This document shows positions 1-14,243 of a stretch of DNA of 64,000 bases, in pieces; position 1 is the stretch's first letter, and every line of letters starts with the position of its first letter. The notes under the pieces were generated by a model. That model had not been told where the DNA came from. It did no database searches and saw nothing but the letters and a program-made list of their open reading frames with translations. The position numbers and the translations under genes are program-made. This DNA comes from Chrysomallon squamiferum (taxonomy: Eukaryota > Animalia > Mollusca). The stretch lies in assembly GCA_012295275.1 (NCBI GenBank), contig CM022672.1, positions 27,900,001-27,964,000 of the forward strand, given 5' to 3'.

Positions 1-697
1 AGAGGAAAACCAGAAACATATAGATATATGAGATAATACAGAACAAAAAATTGTTTGATTATTAGTGATAATGTAATAAAGAGTGTAACTGCTCACCTGG
101 TTTTTTTAATGATGCAATAACATATACCTAAAATAACTGAATATGTTGCAAAACCAAAAATTACATATAAATATATAATGAGTGTATGAAGCCAGAAAAT
201 GTTTTATTTAATAAATTAATACATAGTACAAAGAAATGGACCCATATCTATGTACCACTTCTTTTTAGACTTCTTTTTTTTGATTAATTTTTACAGCATA
301 TTAGTGCAGCAAAAACATAAAATGAAATAACAAATTAATATCAATACTATACAGGAAGGCCAGTGGTGACTATTAATGATACTGTTCTCTGTAGATCACT
401 TAGTATTTATCATTGTTCATGATGTTTATCATCTTCTTGAGAGACTCTATGTTTTTTCTTCCAACACTAGTAGAAACAAAAGTATTTTGGTCCATCAAGT
501 ACTGGAAGACATCATCACTGTAGAAAAATGGCAGCATAGAGATATTTTTAAACCACTCTTTTGCTGTATTACTTCTTTATTAATTATGATTGGACAGCAT
601 AAAACAAATTAAACATACTTGGAAGCTTTTAGAATAGGCTTAGACTATATTTTTTCAGATAAGTACATGTCAAAGACAATGTTATCTAACAATTCAC

Positions 698-3600
698 CTG
701 GTTTTGTATTTGGTTTGCTTTTTCAACAAACTCTGTACTGTTTGTATCATTCAAGACAGCTCTGTACTCTTCATTGCTTATTTTATATGAGACCTCAAAG
801 TCAGGAACTGTATGTTAATAAATAAATAAATTAATTAATTAATAAAAAATAAAAAATCAGTCAGACAAATGAATATTTAAACCTGTTAGACAGAAGACAA
901 GTAAGTAATTATATAGATATATATATAGTAGATAGATAGATAGATAGATAAAGAAATAGATACACAGATATATAAACAGACAGACTGATAGATATGTAAG
1001 TAGACAAATAGATACAAGATATGCAGAGAGAGAGAGAGAACTGTATGTAGTAGATAGGTAGATGGAAAAATAAAGAATAGTAAGAACTTTTCTAATTATC
1101 AAATATTAAAGATATTTTTATTGTTGTTATTGTTTAAAATGACAATGATTGATTTAAACATTATTGTAACTATGTAAATACTGAAAATAAATAAATACGT
1201 TCATACATACACACGATCCTTATTTTAAAATCAGTGTTTTTATTATTATTATTATTATTATGATTATTATTATTATTGATATTTAATAATAAATCAAAAA
1301 AATATGCACTAACTTGGAATTTCTTCTGGTGGTGGGGCTGTAGTTGGTAATGTTGTTGTTGCTGTGGTGTACATGGTTGTGTTGGGGGATTCGGTTGTTG
1401 AACTGCTTTCAGCAGTTTTTTCAAATGAGGTGTTTGCTGTAGTTGTTGTCACAGTAATAGGAACAGTTTCAGTAGTATTAGTAATAGTAATAGTTTCAGT
1501 AGTATTAGTAGTAGGAATAGTTTCAGTAGTATTAGTAGTAGGAATAGTTTCAGAAGTATTAGTAGTAGGAATAGTTTCAGTAGTATTAGTAGTAGGAATA
1601 GTTTCAGTAGTATTAGTAGTAGGAATAGTTTCAGTAGTATCAGTAGTAGGAATAGTTTCAGTAGTATCAGTAGTAGGAATAGTTTCAGTAGTATCAGTAG
1701 TAGTAATAGTTTCAGTAGTATCAGTAGTATTAGTAGTAGGAATAGTTTCAGTAGTATTAGTAGTAGGAATAGTTTCAGTAGTATTAGTAGTAGGAATAGT
1801 TTCAGTAGTATCAGTAGTAGGAATAGTTTCAGTAGTATTAGTAGTAGTAATAGTTTCAGTAGTATTAGTAGTAGGAATAGTTTCAGTAGTATTAGTAGTA
1901 GTAATAGTTTCAGTAGTATCAGTAGTAGGATTAGTTTCAGTAGTATTAGTAGTAGGAATAGTTTCAGTAGTATTAGTAGTGGGAATAGTTGCAGTAGTAT
2001 TAGTAGTGGGAATAGTTGCAGTAATATTAGTAGTGGGAATAGTTTCAGTAATATTAGTAGTAGGAACAGTTGCAGTAGTATCAGTAGTAGGAATAGTTTC
2101 AGTAATATTAGTAGTAGGAACAGTTGATGTAGTATTAGTAGTGGGAATAGTTGCAGTAGTATTAGTAGTGGGAATAGTTTCAGTAATATTAGTAGTGGGA
2201 ATAGTTTCAGTTGGTTTAGTAGTAGGAATAGTTTCAGCTGTATTAGTAGTATGAATAGTATCAGTAGTATTATGAGTAGGAATAGTTTCAGTAGTTTTAG
2301 CAGTGGTTACAGTTTCAGTATTAGCAGTGGTTATAGTTTCAGTACTATTAGTAGTAAGAATAGTTTCAGTAGTGTTAGTAGGAATAGTTTCAGTTGGTTT
2401 AGTAGTATGAATAGTTTCAATTGGTTTAGTAGTAGGAACAGTTTCAGTAGTATTAGAAGTAGGAATAGTTTCAGTAGTATTAGTAATGGGACTAGTTTCA
2501 ATAGTATTACTAGTAGTAGTTTCAGTTGGTTCAGCAGTAGTAATAGTTTCCGTAATATTACTAGTAGGAATAGCTGCAGTTGTGTCAGTAGTAGGAATAG
2601 TAGTAATAGTTTGGGTTGGTTTAGTAGTAGGAATATATTCAGTAGTAGTAATAGTAGTAATAGTTTGGGTTGGTTTAGTAGTAGGAATAGTTTCAGCAGT
2701 AGCAGAAGATGTTTTAGTTACTGTAGTAGTAGAAATAGTTTCAGTAGTATTAGTAGTAGGATTAGTTTCAATTGGCTTAGTAGTAGGAATCGTTTCAGTT
2801 AGTTTAGTAGTTGGAATAGTTTCAGTAATAACAGAAGTTGTTTCAGTTACTGTAGTAGAAGGAAGAGTGGTTGATGCTGTTGATGTTAATGACTGTGTGG
2901 TAGTAATTGACCCTTTGGTTGATAAAGTTGGTTCTGAGACAGTAGCTGTAGTTGTCACTTTTGTAGATGTTGATGTAGTGGCAGAAATCATTTCTGATGT
3001 TGCTGTTTTTAAGGTAGTAATAACTTCTTCAGCAGTCAGAGTTGTAGTTTCACTTGCAGCTGATGTTGAAGTAGTTGACCGAATAACAGGATTGACAATG
3101 ATACTTGCAATGTCAAAAACAGGCAGATTTTCTGCACTGGGAACAGAGCCAGATTTAATAGTCTTTTGTCTTTCCAACATGGCTACTTTAACAGCAGATA
3201 CAAAACTTTCAGGGTTTTGTTTTAACCTGTGAACAGCTTGTTTCATGTTGTCAGTCTCTGTTTTAAACACTGTTGAAATATTTACTACCACACTGCCTTG
3301 TCTGTAAAATAAAAAACCAATGATCTTAAATGAAGGCAGAGTGAAAATATAAAAAAAAAAAGTATTGTAGCATAAAGTAATGTTACATTTAATAAAGTTA
3401 CATAAAAAATTAAAGTAAAAATAAAATTAAACCAATAAATAAAGTTAAAAAAAAGAAAAGTAATGAAAGAAATGAAATCAAAGTAAATTGTAAAAATGTA
3501 AATATATTTCAGTTATTTATAAAATAAAGTTGTTGTAAAACCATATTTCTAGATGCTGTAAAAGAGCGTACTAATCCAAAAGGTGTGTACTTTGTAGAAT

Positions 3601-4552
3601 ATGGAAATAGCTCTTATGAAAAGTACCTGAAACTGTTGACAACTGAGTAATTGTAGATGTCTTTCAAAGAACTCATCATCATGGTCACATCGATCTGAAA
3701 AAAACAAAGACATTAGTTTTAAAAACTGGGGATTCCCCATTTAACTAGTGAAAATGTATAACATTCTCATTATAACTGAACTAAATGTCACTAATCTGAG
3801 AATATCTTTTAAAATATAATTATATTGGTCTGTTTCCATTGTAAATCATTTTCTTATGTTAGTAATCCGTCCTGGTTAAACAACAAAAGTTTATCATAAA
3901 TTTATAACTTGTAATTTAAAATAGGTAACCAGTCAGAATGAAATATTTATGATAGGTAATAAATTAATGTAACTGTCCAATCAGAACTGAGTATTTATAC
4001 TAAGCATCCAGTATGAATTAATTATTTAGGGTAAGCATTCAACCAAAGTTAAGTATTTTTGATAAGTATTCAGTCAGAAATGAGTATTTAAGATAGGGCA
4101 TTAATCAGAACTGAGTATTTACATTAAATATCCAGTCAGAATTGAGCAGTTAAGATAGATAACCAATAAGAATTATGTATTTTCCAAAGTCGTAGCAGAA
4201 AGTATGTTAATAAGGTAAACATTACACAGCTTTACAAACCTCTTGTTCAACCTGAGATGCCAACTGTTGATATTTCTCGTTATTTCTGTTGAGCAAAACT
4301 GGATCCCAGACCTTATTGTTAATTGTTATTTGTGACAAGAAATCAGCAGCTGCAATAAAAATACCAGGCAAATTAAAACAGCATAAGCAATTGCTAATCT
4401 CTGTATGTAATGTTTCAGTATATCTTTTTTCTTTACTGATATGCTATCTGTTTCATCATTCGTTTTGTAGCTCTATTTTCTCCATCCCACTCTCTACATC
4501 AGTTTATTTTAGTTCTCTTTCTTGCTTTTCTCAAAACACATGCACGTTTTAC

Positions 4553-4632
<80 letters not shown>

Positions 4633-5822
4633 AACTGTCTGGCATTAAAATCAAAATAACTATTTCTCTTTTACCTGTATCACCTGTGCTACCCTGAGAA
4701 TCTGGAAAAATTGGTGTCTTGTGAGCATTTTCCCACATTTGATTAGCTGGGGAACAAAAAATTAAAATATGTATCAACTGAAAATTAAACATTCATCATA
4801 ATCTGTTAAATATATCTACCATTACAATGGCATGGTGAAGTTCTGTTTAGATATTATTTCTGTTACAGTCAGGGCAGTAGATAAGTAGTAGGCTTGAGAT
4901 AAAAATGGTTATAGATGAACTCAACTTTTCTTTCTTTTTTAAATTTATTTATATGGTTATTTGTGTGATTATTTATACCAATGTTTTTCATATCTTGAAT
5001 CATCATAAGGGAAAATTAATCTCTTCATCATTTAGAATATAAATTTCAGATTATTATAGGAATACTACACTTATAATGAAATGTAATATACCTCCAAAAT
5101 ATACTCCCATAGATATGGCAATCACTATGGCAACAAGAAGAGCAATAATAGCAGCAGCTCCAATCAGATGTCGTTTTCTTCTTATCCGTGATGAATATGT
5201 TCGACTGGAAGAATCTAAAATGATAAAATTTACATTCACCAAAAAAACCAAATTGTTTTCTTTCTTTTTTCTTCTTCTTATTTTATTATTATTTTTTTTA
5301 TTATTATTATTATTTAATCGCACCTTTGTTAATACAAAGAAATAGTTTAAATATATTTTGTGTATTTCCAAGTGATGATTTTATTTGTTTTTAGCCATTC
5401 AGTATTAATTACTAACGAAGCATAACAACAACAATATAAAAAAAAAAGAGTAAACTATAAAAACGCGGGCGCCGCCAAGTATCCGCTGTGGTGACGTCAT
5501 CGCGTACAATAGCGTCCTATTTGCTCAAGTTTATTCTAGTATTTATTTTAATCCATGTAAAATGTCGGGCAAATGGAACGCCTCTGCCAGCTTAAATCAA
5601 AGAGGTATTCGTATACGCCCGGCCAGGTCATAATTATTTTTCAAATACAAATCTTATTAACTAACCTAATAAAGAAGAATGCCGAAATCCTTTTGTCTGC
5701 GAAACATAACTGAATCCAGGGTTGTCGTACATATAACTTCCATAATACGCTAATTTTAAACGGGTTGGGGTATCGAAATTTCCTCCCGAAGAAGGACATG
5801 TATGTTTCTCACGTGATGACAT
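698..5822 (-). CDS. Type II transmembrane SEA-domain mucin-like protein (3' end beyond left edge of window)
   Basis: In-frame GT-AG exons 5822-5666, 5214-5092, 4746-4675, 4349-4240, 3694-3627, 3301-1314, 807-698. They encode a cytoplasmic N-terminus, RIRRKRH followed by the TM helix LIGAAAIIALLVAIVIAISMGVYFG, then SEA domain 1 (DFLSQITINNKVWDPVLLNRNNEKYQQLASQVEQE...VVNSFRQGSVVVN). A long Thr-rich repeat region follows, then the start of SEA 2 (PDFEVSYKISNEEYRAVLNDTNSTEFVEKANQIQNQ). Confidence 0.85.
1460..2830 (-). repeat. Coding tandem repeat, 27-bp unit (TETIPTTNT / TETIPTTDT / TETIPTTKP)
   Basis: The plus-strand unit gtagtaggaatagtttcagtagtatta repeats directly. It is most homogeneous at about 1490-2200 and more diverged towards 2830. 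Confidence 0.95.
5461..5520. promoter_or_regulatory. CpG-rich intronic patch with a perfect CRE palindrome (TGACGTCA, 5492-5499)
   Basis: gcgggcgccgcc...gtgacgtcatcgcgt stands out in an otherwise very AT-rich intron. Function is not demonstrated. Confidence 0.3.
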
Positions 5823-7344
5823 AGTTAGTGCCTGGTGTGATCTAGTATTCCAGGCACCAGGGTTCCAGCGTCTTGGTAACCTGAACTCGGATTTTAAACA
5901 GCAGTTTTCTGTTAGAGGCTCACGCACTCTGTCAACTCTTTGCCACTTCTGCTGTGAAGAAAAACAAAATCTTTAACAACAATAATAATACATATGTTAT
6001 TTTAAATATGTGTGCGCGTGTATGTAATAATTATATATATAAGAACATTTTAAAATACTCGCTTTGGTGTCGCAGCCAAATGCACTTCTCAGTCTTTAAT
6101 CCGAGAATCCTCTGGCATATGTGTATACACAGACAAAAATAACAATAATTATGAAGAAAATATAGCAACAGTTATTATTTTTAACCTGAGTTTCATAAAC
6201 GAAACGAACTAGATCTTTGAAAATAACAAAAATAAACTGAAATTGAAATGCTTCAGCACTGTATTTCTCACCGAAGCTGTGCGGAAATGCAATACTGTCT
6301 CAGATTTGACGCAAATAAGACATTATTAATCCACTGATTACTGTTGTATGAAATAGATCTTGGTGTAGAACCCAACAGAGACCAGCCCATAATTTAAAGA
6401 CTATATCAATTTCAAAGACATACAGACAATTATGTTTATCACTGGTCATCTTTCTCCATGTATGTTATTAAAAAAATCAAAACATTTGAAAATGTTTCAG
6501 CGTATGGTAAATGGGTAAAAACAATTTTGTTTTCTTTCCAAAATTTTCTGAAAATAATCTTCCAGTGGGTGGGAAGATTTTCAGAAGAAACGAATGTTTG
6601 GTACTTTGTCAAAATTACAGTAATTTCTGAAAATAATTTTTCAGCGGGTGATAGAATGTTCTGGTTTTTCAAAATGATAATAATGTTTGAAATCATTCTT
6701 CCAGTGGGTCAGGAGATTTTCAAAAACAATTCTGTCAACAGTATAACATTTTGTTTTTCTCTTTTGGAAATAATAAATTATTATAGTCCTGCCTTCAGTA
6801 TAACAACAGCGATGTACCTTGCAAACTTTGATGACACGAATGACGTACGTACTTCATTATGTTTAACCATCTCCTATGACCCGTAATATAATCTTACGAA
6901 TTGTGAAAGCCTGCTTACTGGGAATACAAAAAATAATGGACAACTTTAGTGAATAACTGAATAAAAGTCACGACTTGTTTTTCAGTGTTTTTAGGTCGTC
7001 TGAGGCCTTTCAGATAAAATATTTTGGAAAATATTTCAAAAAATATTTATAAAATGCGAATGTTTTTTCTTTTGACGAGGTCACCGTAATTGCTGTTTTA
7101 ATAACATTATGTATTTACAGCTACTACCATCACTGTAGCTTTAATATTTTTACTAAAATACTTTTACACCTACACACATACTGATTAAAAAACAAAATTT
7201 AAAAACTGCATATTAAAGAATACACACTAAACAAATAAATAAATAAATCTAATTATTTTTCTATTCATTTTTTTATTTCTTTTATTTTCATTTCACTTCT
7301 TACTATTTTTAATATTTTCATTGGTTCATTTTTCATTTTTTTTA

Positions 7345-7399
<55 letters not shown>

Positions 7400-8267
7400 T
7401 ATTATTATTTTATTTTTTGTGAATGTTTGATGACCTCAGTAATTCATTCAAGCATTTTTGTTTCAAATTATTTCATCTCGCCTGTTCAGGATCCGCCTTT
7501 GTAATTACAGATGACGGTCAAAATCGCACATCCAGAATGCAGTGTCCCATGGGCTTAGTAGTCCAAGGTTATCTCTCATACAAAACCAAATAAAGTGTCA
7601 ATAAAATGTTTTTATCAACACGAACAATCTGCTTCAAAGACTTCTTTTGATATCTTTTATTTAATTACTTTTTTTTTTTTATAAAGTCGATATCCTAGCT
7701 GATAATCACACGCCTTAAGGAAAACTTAAAAAATGATTTTGCCTAAGGACCTCAACATTCATTAATTATAATCATAAAATAATAGGTTTTTTTTCATATA
7801 TCAAGGAACCTGTGTTAATAGATAAACGTTTGTATTAATATATACAAAAGTTTTCTAAAGAATTTTTCTTGCAGAACTGATGAAAAGGGTTCATTGAAAA
7901 CTAAGTCCCAGTTTAAACAGTAAAATAAGAAAATTTATTTGGGTTGTTGTTTTTTTAATTAATAATAACTTACTTTCTTACTTACTTATTTTATTTATTT
8001 ATCTATCTATTTTTAATTTTCGTGACAGTTTAGATATTAGGATATTTTTATTAAAATTATTAAATGTACTTTTCACCGAAATTAAAAATGTTGTGAATTT
8101 ATCGTCATTTCTTTACAAGCACATAAGAATTTTCAGAAATAGTCAATAAAGTAGAAAAACACGAATCTATTTCCCTTTCTTTTATGTTTTTCCGTTGCTC
8201 TCGTTCTTAATGTAACATTTATTTTGTAAAATCATCATCACATCATCATCATCATTAGTATTAATAC

Positions 8268-8331
<64 letters not shown>

Positions 8332-8378
8332 GTGGAGTGTTTTGTTAGATTTTTGTGATTCAAAACAGACAAACAAAT

Positions 8379-8452
<74 letters not shown>

Positions 8453-9285
8453 CTTTGAAATAAATAAATAAATTATTGTCATATCGATTATTTTGTTTAA
8501 GTCGTCACATACAGTAGTTTTATTAGCATATATATCTTAATCTATAACAATATTTATTGCCTGAGACGAAATTGCATTTGTCACCTGCATTCATCATCCG
8601 ATTTATCAAACAAAAGTTCAGGGAAAAGTAAAATATTTACTTCCAGCGGTCAAATCTTATTTACTTATTTATTTATTTATTTATATTCATAGTCATAGTC
8701 ATATTATTATTATTAGTAGTAGTAGTAGTAGTACTTTTATTCTTATCAGTGTTATCATTATCATCATCAACATCATCATCCTCATTATTATTATTATTAT
8801 TATTTTGTTGTTGCTGTTATTGTTTTTCTTAAATACTTACACCGTGCCTAGATACTTTCATTTTAGACAGCTTTATTTTGGTATAACAGTATAAAAAAAT
8901 GTTTAACCATAGAAAAAGATTTTGCTTGTAACGAATTCGTGAATTTTTATTACTTTAACAAATTTTAAGTAAAAAGTTCTTACTGAATATTTTGAGAATT
9001 ATTGGATGTATCCCATATATCCAAGGCTGATAATAAATACCATCCATAAATACAAGGTTGACTGATAAAGATCGATGGAAATGTAAAGAACATACATACA
9101 TACGTATAATTATAAATTTACACACATAAATATATTCATACGTATGGAGACATCGTATACACATACGCACATACATATATACAAACAAATAACACATGCA
9201 TACACACATACATATATACATACATACACATACACATACATGCATACATAAATATATACATATATACATGCACATAGATTCATTA

Positions 9286-9328
<43 letters not shown>

Positions 9329-10939
9329 CGCTCACCTGTATTTTCAATTCTTTTAACGAATCTTGCGTAATCCCTGCAGACCTCGTATAACTGATTATAC
9401 TACACGACTGTCGTAGGCTATACTATTATTATAATTACTTGACAGACAGTCCATAGCCTTTAGTTAACACTTGTTTTCTTCGTCAGTTTGTTTCTTTTCC
9501 TTACTTTGTTTACCCGTTTGGTTTCACGAGGTTGCACCCTAGAAATCGACTGAATGAAATGCTATTGTTCCTCATACACAAGCACGTTATATACAACGTG
9601 ACGTCAAAGCGGAATGCGTATGTGTCGCTTCACTGATTGCAAATTCGTCTTTCAAATTTAGTGAAAAAAGAAAAGATTGCGAAATTTTAAGATATGTTTC
9701 TTAATATATATATATTTTTTATTACTATTATTTATATCTCTTTTTTTATTTTTTTTATTTTATTTTAACAAGAGTTGTTAAAAACGAAATAAAGAATTAG
9801 AATAATAAATATTTTAAATGCCTTTTCCCCGGATGCAAGAATCCGGTGGCGCAGGAGGACCACTGTGGTCTGAATTCGAGAGAAAACAGCATACTGACAT
9901 ACTTACACACAGACATATACATTTACTTATACCGTACATATGTACAATCAAACAAACATACTTTTACTTCACGATAACTAAATAATAACTTACCTGTTAG
10001 TTAATAGCCAAAGAAAGCTTTAAATTTTGCTTGCAAGTGTCTACCGATCAAACACACCATGCAGCAAAGCCGAGAAGACCATAACGCCAGTACAATGAAC
10101 TACTAAAACACAATGCGTTTATGTCTTAGTTCCAGTCTGATTCGGTATTGCTTTCACAAATCATCAGATTAATACCGAACCAAACCAGTGGTTAGACCGA
10201 AAAACAGCCACGTGGTCAAACCAGCAATAGGTTTTAAGAACTGTGGAAATGTTACGGTTCGCGACGTTAACGTTTGGAACGAGGGGTTAGAAGCCGTATG
10301 TTCCTGTGTGAGAAATCGTCTATAATCTGAAAAATTATTTATTTATCTATCACCTATCCTCTGATTTGAGGCTATCCTAACAGTTTCTAATTTAAGAAAA
10401 TTGTATGAAAGGTTATTAATTTTCCTTTTCCTATTTTTATTTTATTTTTTTGTTTGTTTTTTTTTGTTTCATACTCCTTGTTAGTGGTCAGTAAAATATG
10501 CTGGTGAAATTATAGAAAATAAACAAGTTCATTTTAAGTGTTAGAAACCTAAAACAGGCTAGCTAATACCGCCACCCCCTATCCATTTCAATCACTCAGG
10601 CAAACATTATCACTGAAATTATTACTCTTTTTTTGTTTTACTTTTTATTGTTTTCTAAATTGTGATGAAATGTTCCTGTAAATGTGATGATTGAACAAAA
10701 ATGACCCTAATTAATATGAAGTTATGGTGAATGTTGGAACAAACTGTCTTAATGCATTATTGTGTAGATAGAGCTTGATCACCTTCTTCTTTGTTTGATC
10801 TCAGCCTGACTGCAGATTTTATCTCTCTTTGGACTCCCAGCTGAAACTGAGGTGAAAACTCCCATCCAGAGCGACATAAAGATACGAATCAGACACACAA
10901 ACCGGGTGTATGACGACCTTCACACACAAACTATACAAG

Positions 10940-11225
10940 TTCAGTCTTGATTATATCTTTAATTTCTCTGCCAGATTGTACAACATGATAGAGAATTATA
11001 TTGCAGAGAACTTGCCCAAACGTTTTTCTCCTTTGCCAGATAGTCTCTCTTCTCTCTTGAACTATCTTTCACCCCAGTAACACTGACAACATCTCACACT
11101 CCTGGTGAATACTGGCAGACCATAAGACAGACCCAGAGACACAATTTACCATATGTTAATATCCCAAGTGTCTTGTAGGAATTTTCCAAGTACATTAACC
11201 CCAAAGAAAGAGAAATAAACCTCAG
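10940..11225. repeat. Dispersed repeat of unknown class, copy 1
   Basis: Shares long blocks with 33880-34225 in the same orientation, e.g. ttgcagagaa-ttgcccaaacgt, ctctcttctctcttgaact, aatactggcagaccat, ccagagac..atttaccatat.ttaat.tccca.gtgtcttg. Confidence 0.8.
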
Positions 11226-11839
11226 ACACGTTAATCTATCTTTAGATTATTCTTATGCTGTTAGTTCAGACCCTGACAAAATATATATATATATACATTT
11301 TTTTTTTCAAAGTTATTTGATACAACAATGCTGATGTCACGCTTTTCCTGGAGACTGCACGAAAATAAATTAATCTAATTACACAATTAAGCAAATATAT
11401 ATTGATATACTTTACTTAATTCTGGTAACGTATATGTAAACATAAATGATAAACAAATATCTCAGATTAATTTGTCATTTTGATAATTAAACGTAATGAA
11501 TAGTTGAAATTTTTGTAATCTGTGATTTAAATATATAAAATTAATAAGCAAATAAATAAATACATTTAAAAAATGTAAAATATGCTCATGGATTAAAAAA
11601 CCTTGGAAACGGCCGGCAATTAATTGTCTCCTTGTACAACAGATCATATTATTATTATTATTAATGGTTACTATATATAATCAGTCATAGTTTGAATTTT
11701 TATTTTATTTATTTATTTTATTTTGTTATTTTGTTATTTTTTAAACGAGCAGGACTAGAAATTAATGCTTCGGTGAGTTCAGCGGTAAGGACTGAGGGAT
11801 AAACAGAGTGAAGGAGAAAGAGAAAGGGGAGAAGTGAAT

Positions 11840-11935
<96 letters not shown>

Positions 11936-13247
11936 AAATACAGAGTCAGCAGTAATGGAAAAATAATTACGAAAAAAGATGCGCTCACATAAAAACTGAA
12001 ACACACACACATATATATAGACATTAATGCACATACATATACATTAATGCAATATGCACATTTGCACAATATGATATTATAAACGTTCAACAGTAACTCA
12101 CCAAGAGTTTCTTTCTTTTCATCACTGCTCTGCTTTTTTCAGACATTTTGTTGTATTTCCTCTCTTCGATTAATCCATCTAGTGAAGGACCACACCCTAA
12201 TCATCTTCATAGTTTTATGTTTCCTTATCTGAGTGTTAATGAAGCCTGCATAGCATTCTTATTGCTGTTGGGTATTTCAGTACTGATCAGGTTTCCTAAC
12301 TCAGATATTAACTTACATGAATTTCATGCTGATATGAAATAAATCGAGTTACTAGATCATTTTTCTTTTGTTTATCATTTCAGTTTTTAATATTTTATTT
12401 ATTTATTTTTTTTTTTTTTTTTTTTTTTTTTATTTTTTTTTTTCGATTGTAATGCATCAAACTACAATACAATTTCCTTAGTATTTATTTGGGATGGATC
12501 CCCTTTTTTAATGTTTCTTTGCAAATTGTTTTTTCGAGCATTGATCATCATTTTGTCTCGGTTCTTGTCCTGTTGTTGTTGTGTTTTTTTGGTGTTTTTT
12601 TAGTTTGTATTTTATATTTTGATATTTTGCAGTTGTCTAATAGCACTGTTGTTGAAGTTCTGCAAACTTTTGCTGCATCTTGCTGCATGGCCTTTCTTGA
12701 TAGTAGCTGATATTTCCATCAATCTGTAACTTGTTCTTTCCAGACAGCTAGCTCTCTTGCAGGAATCTTGCATGCATGATAGTATTTAGTATTCAGTCAC
12801 AAGTCCTGTCATAACAAATACAGATGCCAATTATAAAAAGTGATCTGGACAAGCTTCATCGATGACTTGCTGAAGCATATCATCTCCTGCAAACAAATAT
12901 TTTTGTGCATGCATAGATCCCCAGGCTTCATATATGCTGGAATATATAATAAAAATGAAGGAAAAAAGAGATACTAATAACTTAACAAAACAAAACAAAA
13001 CTTTTAAGTTTCATTCTGTGCCAAAACAGCCTAAGCTCCTGGGTTACCATCTTCAGTTTTGATAAAATTCCAGGCATTTGTGCATTCATATAAATGATGG
13101 ATGCATGCAAAATTTTCAAACCACATTTCTTATCAGTTTTGATCAAATGTAGGGCCCATTGCCTCATTTTTGGCAGTTGCGGCTATGTCAAAATGTTTCA
13201 GGCTATTTTAAAATACTAATAATTTTATTTATTATGAAGATATTGAT

Positions 13248-14243
13248 GGGTCATTCCATGTCAAATCACCCAAAAACAAAACATTTTTTAAACCCGACCG
13301 TCTCAGATTTTTATGAAACTTGGTATACTTGTTGACTGGGATCCCACAGCACCAAATCTGAGACCAATCGGACCAGTGGCGTGGGAGATATGGCCCTCCG
13401 AATTTTGACATTTTTGGCAAAAATGGGCGTGACCACCAACATTTGAACCCTCATATCTTAGCAACTACTGGGCCAATCTTCATAAAATTGGTATTGTTGA
13501 AAAGGCAATATGACAAGGATTCCAAATTTGGGGTTTACAGACCTTTTGACCTTTGTTATGACCTTGAAATTGACTGTGGATCACGTGACCTTGAGATGAC
13601 CTTTATTGAAATTTAATCTCCCACATGTTAGCTAAAACATATAAAAGTTTCCTGGGTGTAATATTTTTGGTTTAGCCACAATATAGATTTAAAAAATGCA
13701 CATCCATAAAAATAACACCTTTTCTGCCATTAACATCTGATTAACTAAAACCTGAATGATCAATTCTGGATACTAGGAATCACCATCTTTCTTGATCACC
13801 GAGTAAGACACTGTAAGCCTACATGTATGCAAAAAGTTCACATAAATTTGAGAGAACTAGGTGTTTCTGATGCTTCATTTTTATGGACGTGCTTTTTTAA
13901 ATCTATATTGTGGCTAAACAAAAAATATTACACCTAGGAAACTTTTATATGTTATAGTTAACATGTGGGAGATTAAATTTCACTAAAGGTCATCTTAAGG
14001 TCACGTGATCCACATGGTCAATTTCAAGGTCAACAGGTCAGTGACCCCTAAATTTTCCAACTGAACAATAATACCAATACCAATTTTATGAAGATTGGCC
14101 CAGTAGTCATAATTCGGTGGGCCATATCTCCCATACCACTGGTGTGACTGGCTGTGGGATCCCTGTCAACAAGTATACCAAGTTTCATAAAAATCTGAGA
14201 TGACTGGGTTTAACCCATTGGGTGATTTGACACGGAATGACCC
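13248..14243. mobile_element. Foldback-type MITE of about 1 kb (non-autonomous DNA transposon, possibly Sola-related)
   Basis: Left end gggtcattccatgtcaaatcaccca matches right end tgggtgatttgacacggaatgaccc as an inverted repeat. Complementarity continues internally, e.g. about 13580-13712 against 13877-14012. No clear TSD is visible. Confidence 0.88.

Noticed and set aside
400-650. Possible further exons of the SEA mucin (SKPILKAS / DDVFQYLMDQ...NNDKY*)
   Set aside because: This needs an intron of about 53 nt with a weak acceptor and does not complete the second SEA domain; left unresolved.
1364-3232. Long plus-strand Val-rich and Ser-rich ORFs that look like membrane proteins
   Set aside because: They are antisense shadows of the Thr-rich mucin repeat; the splice signals and SEA domains are on the minus strand.
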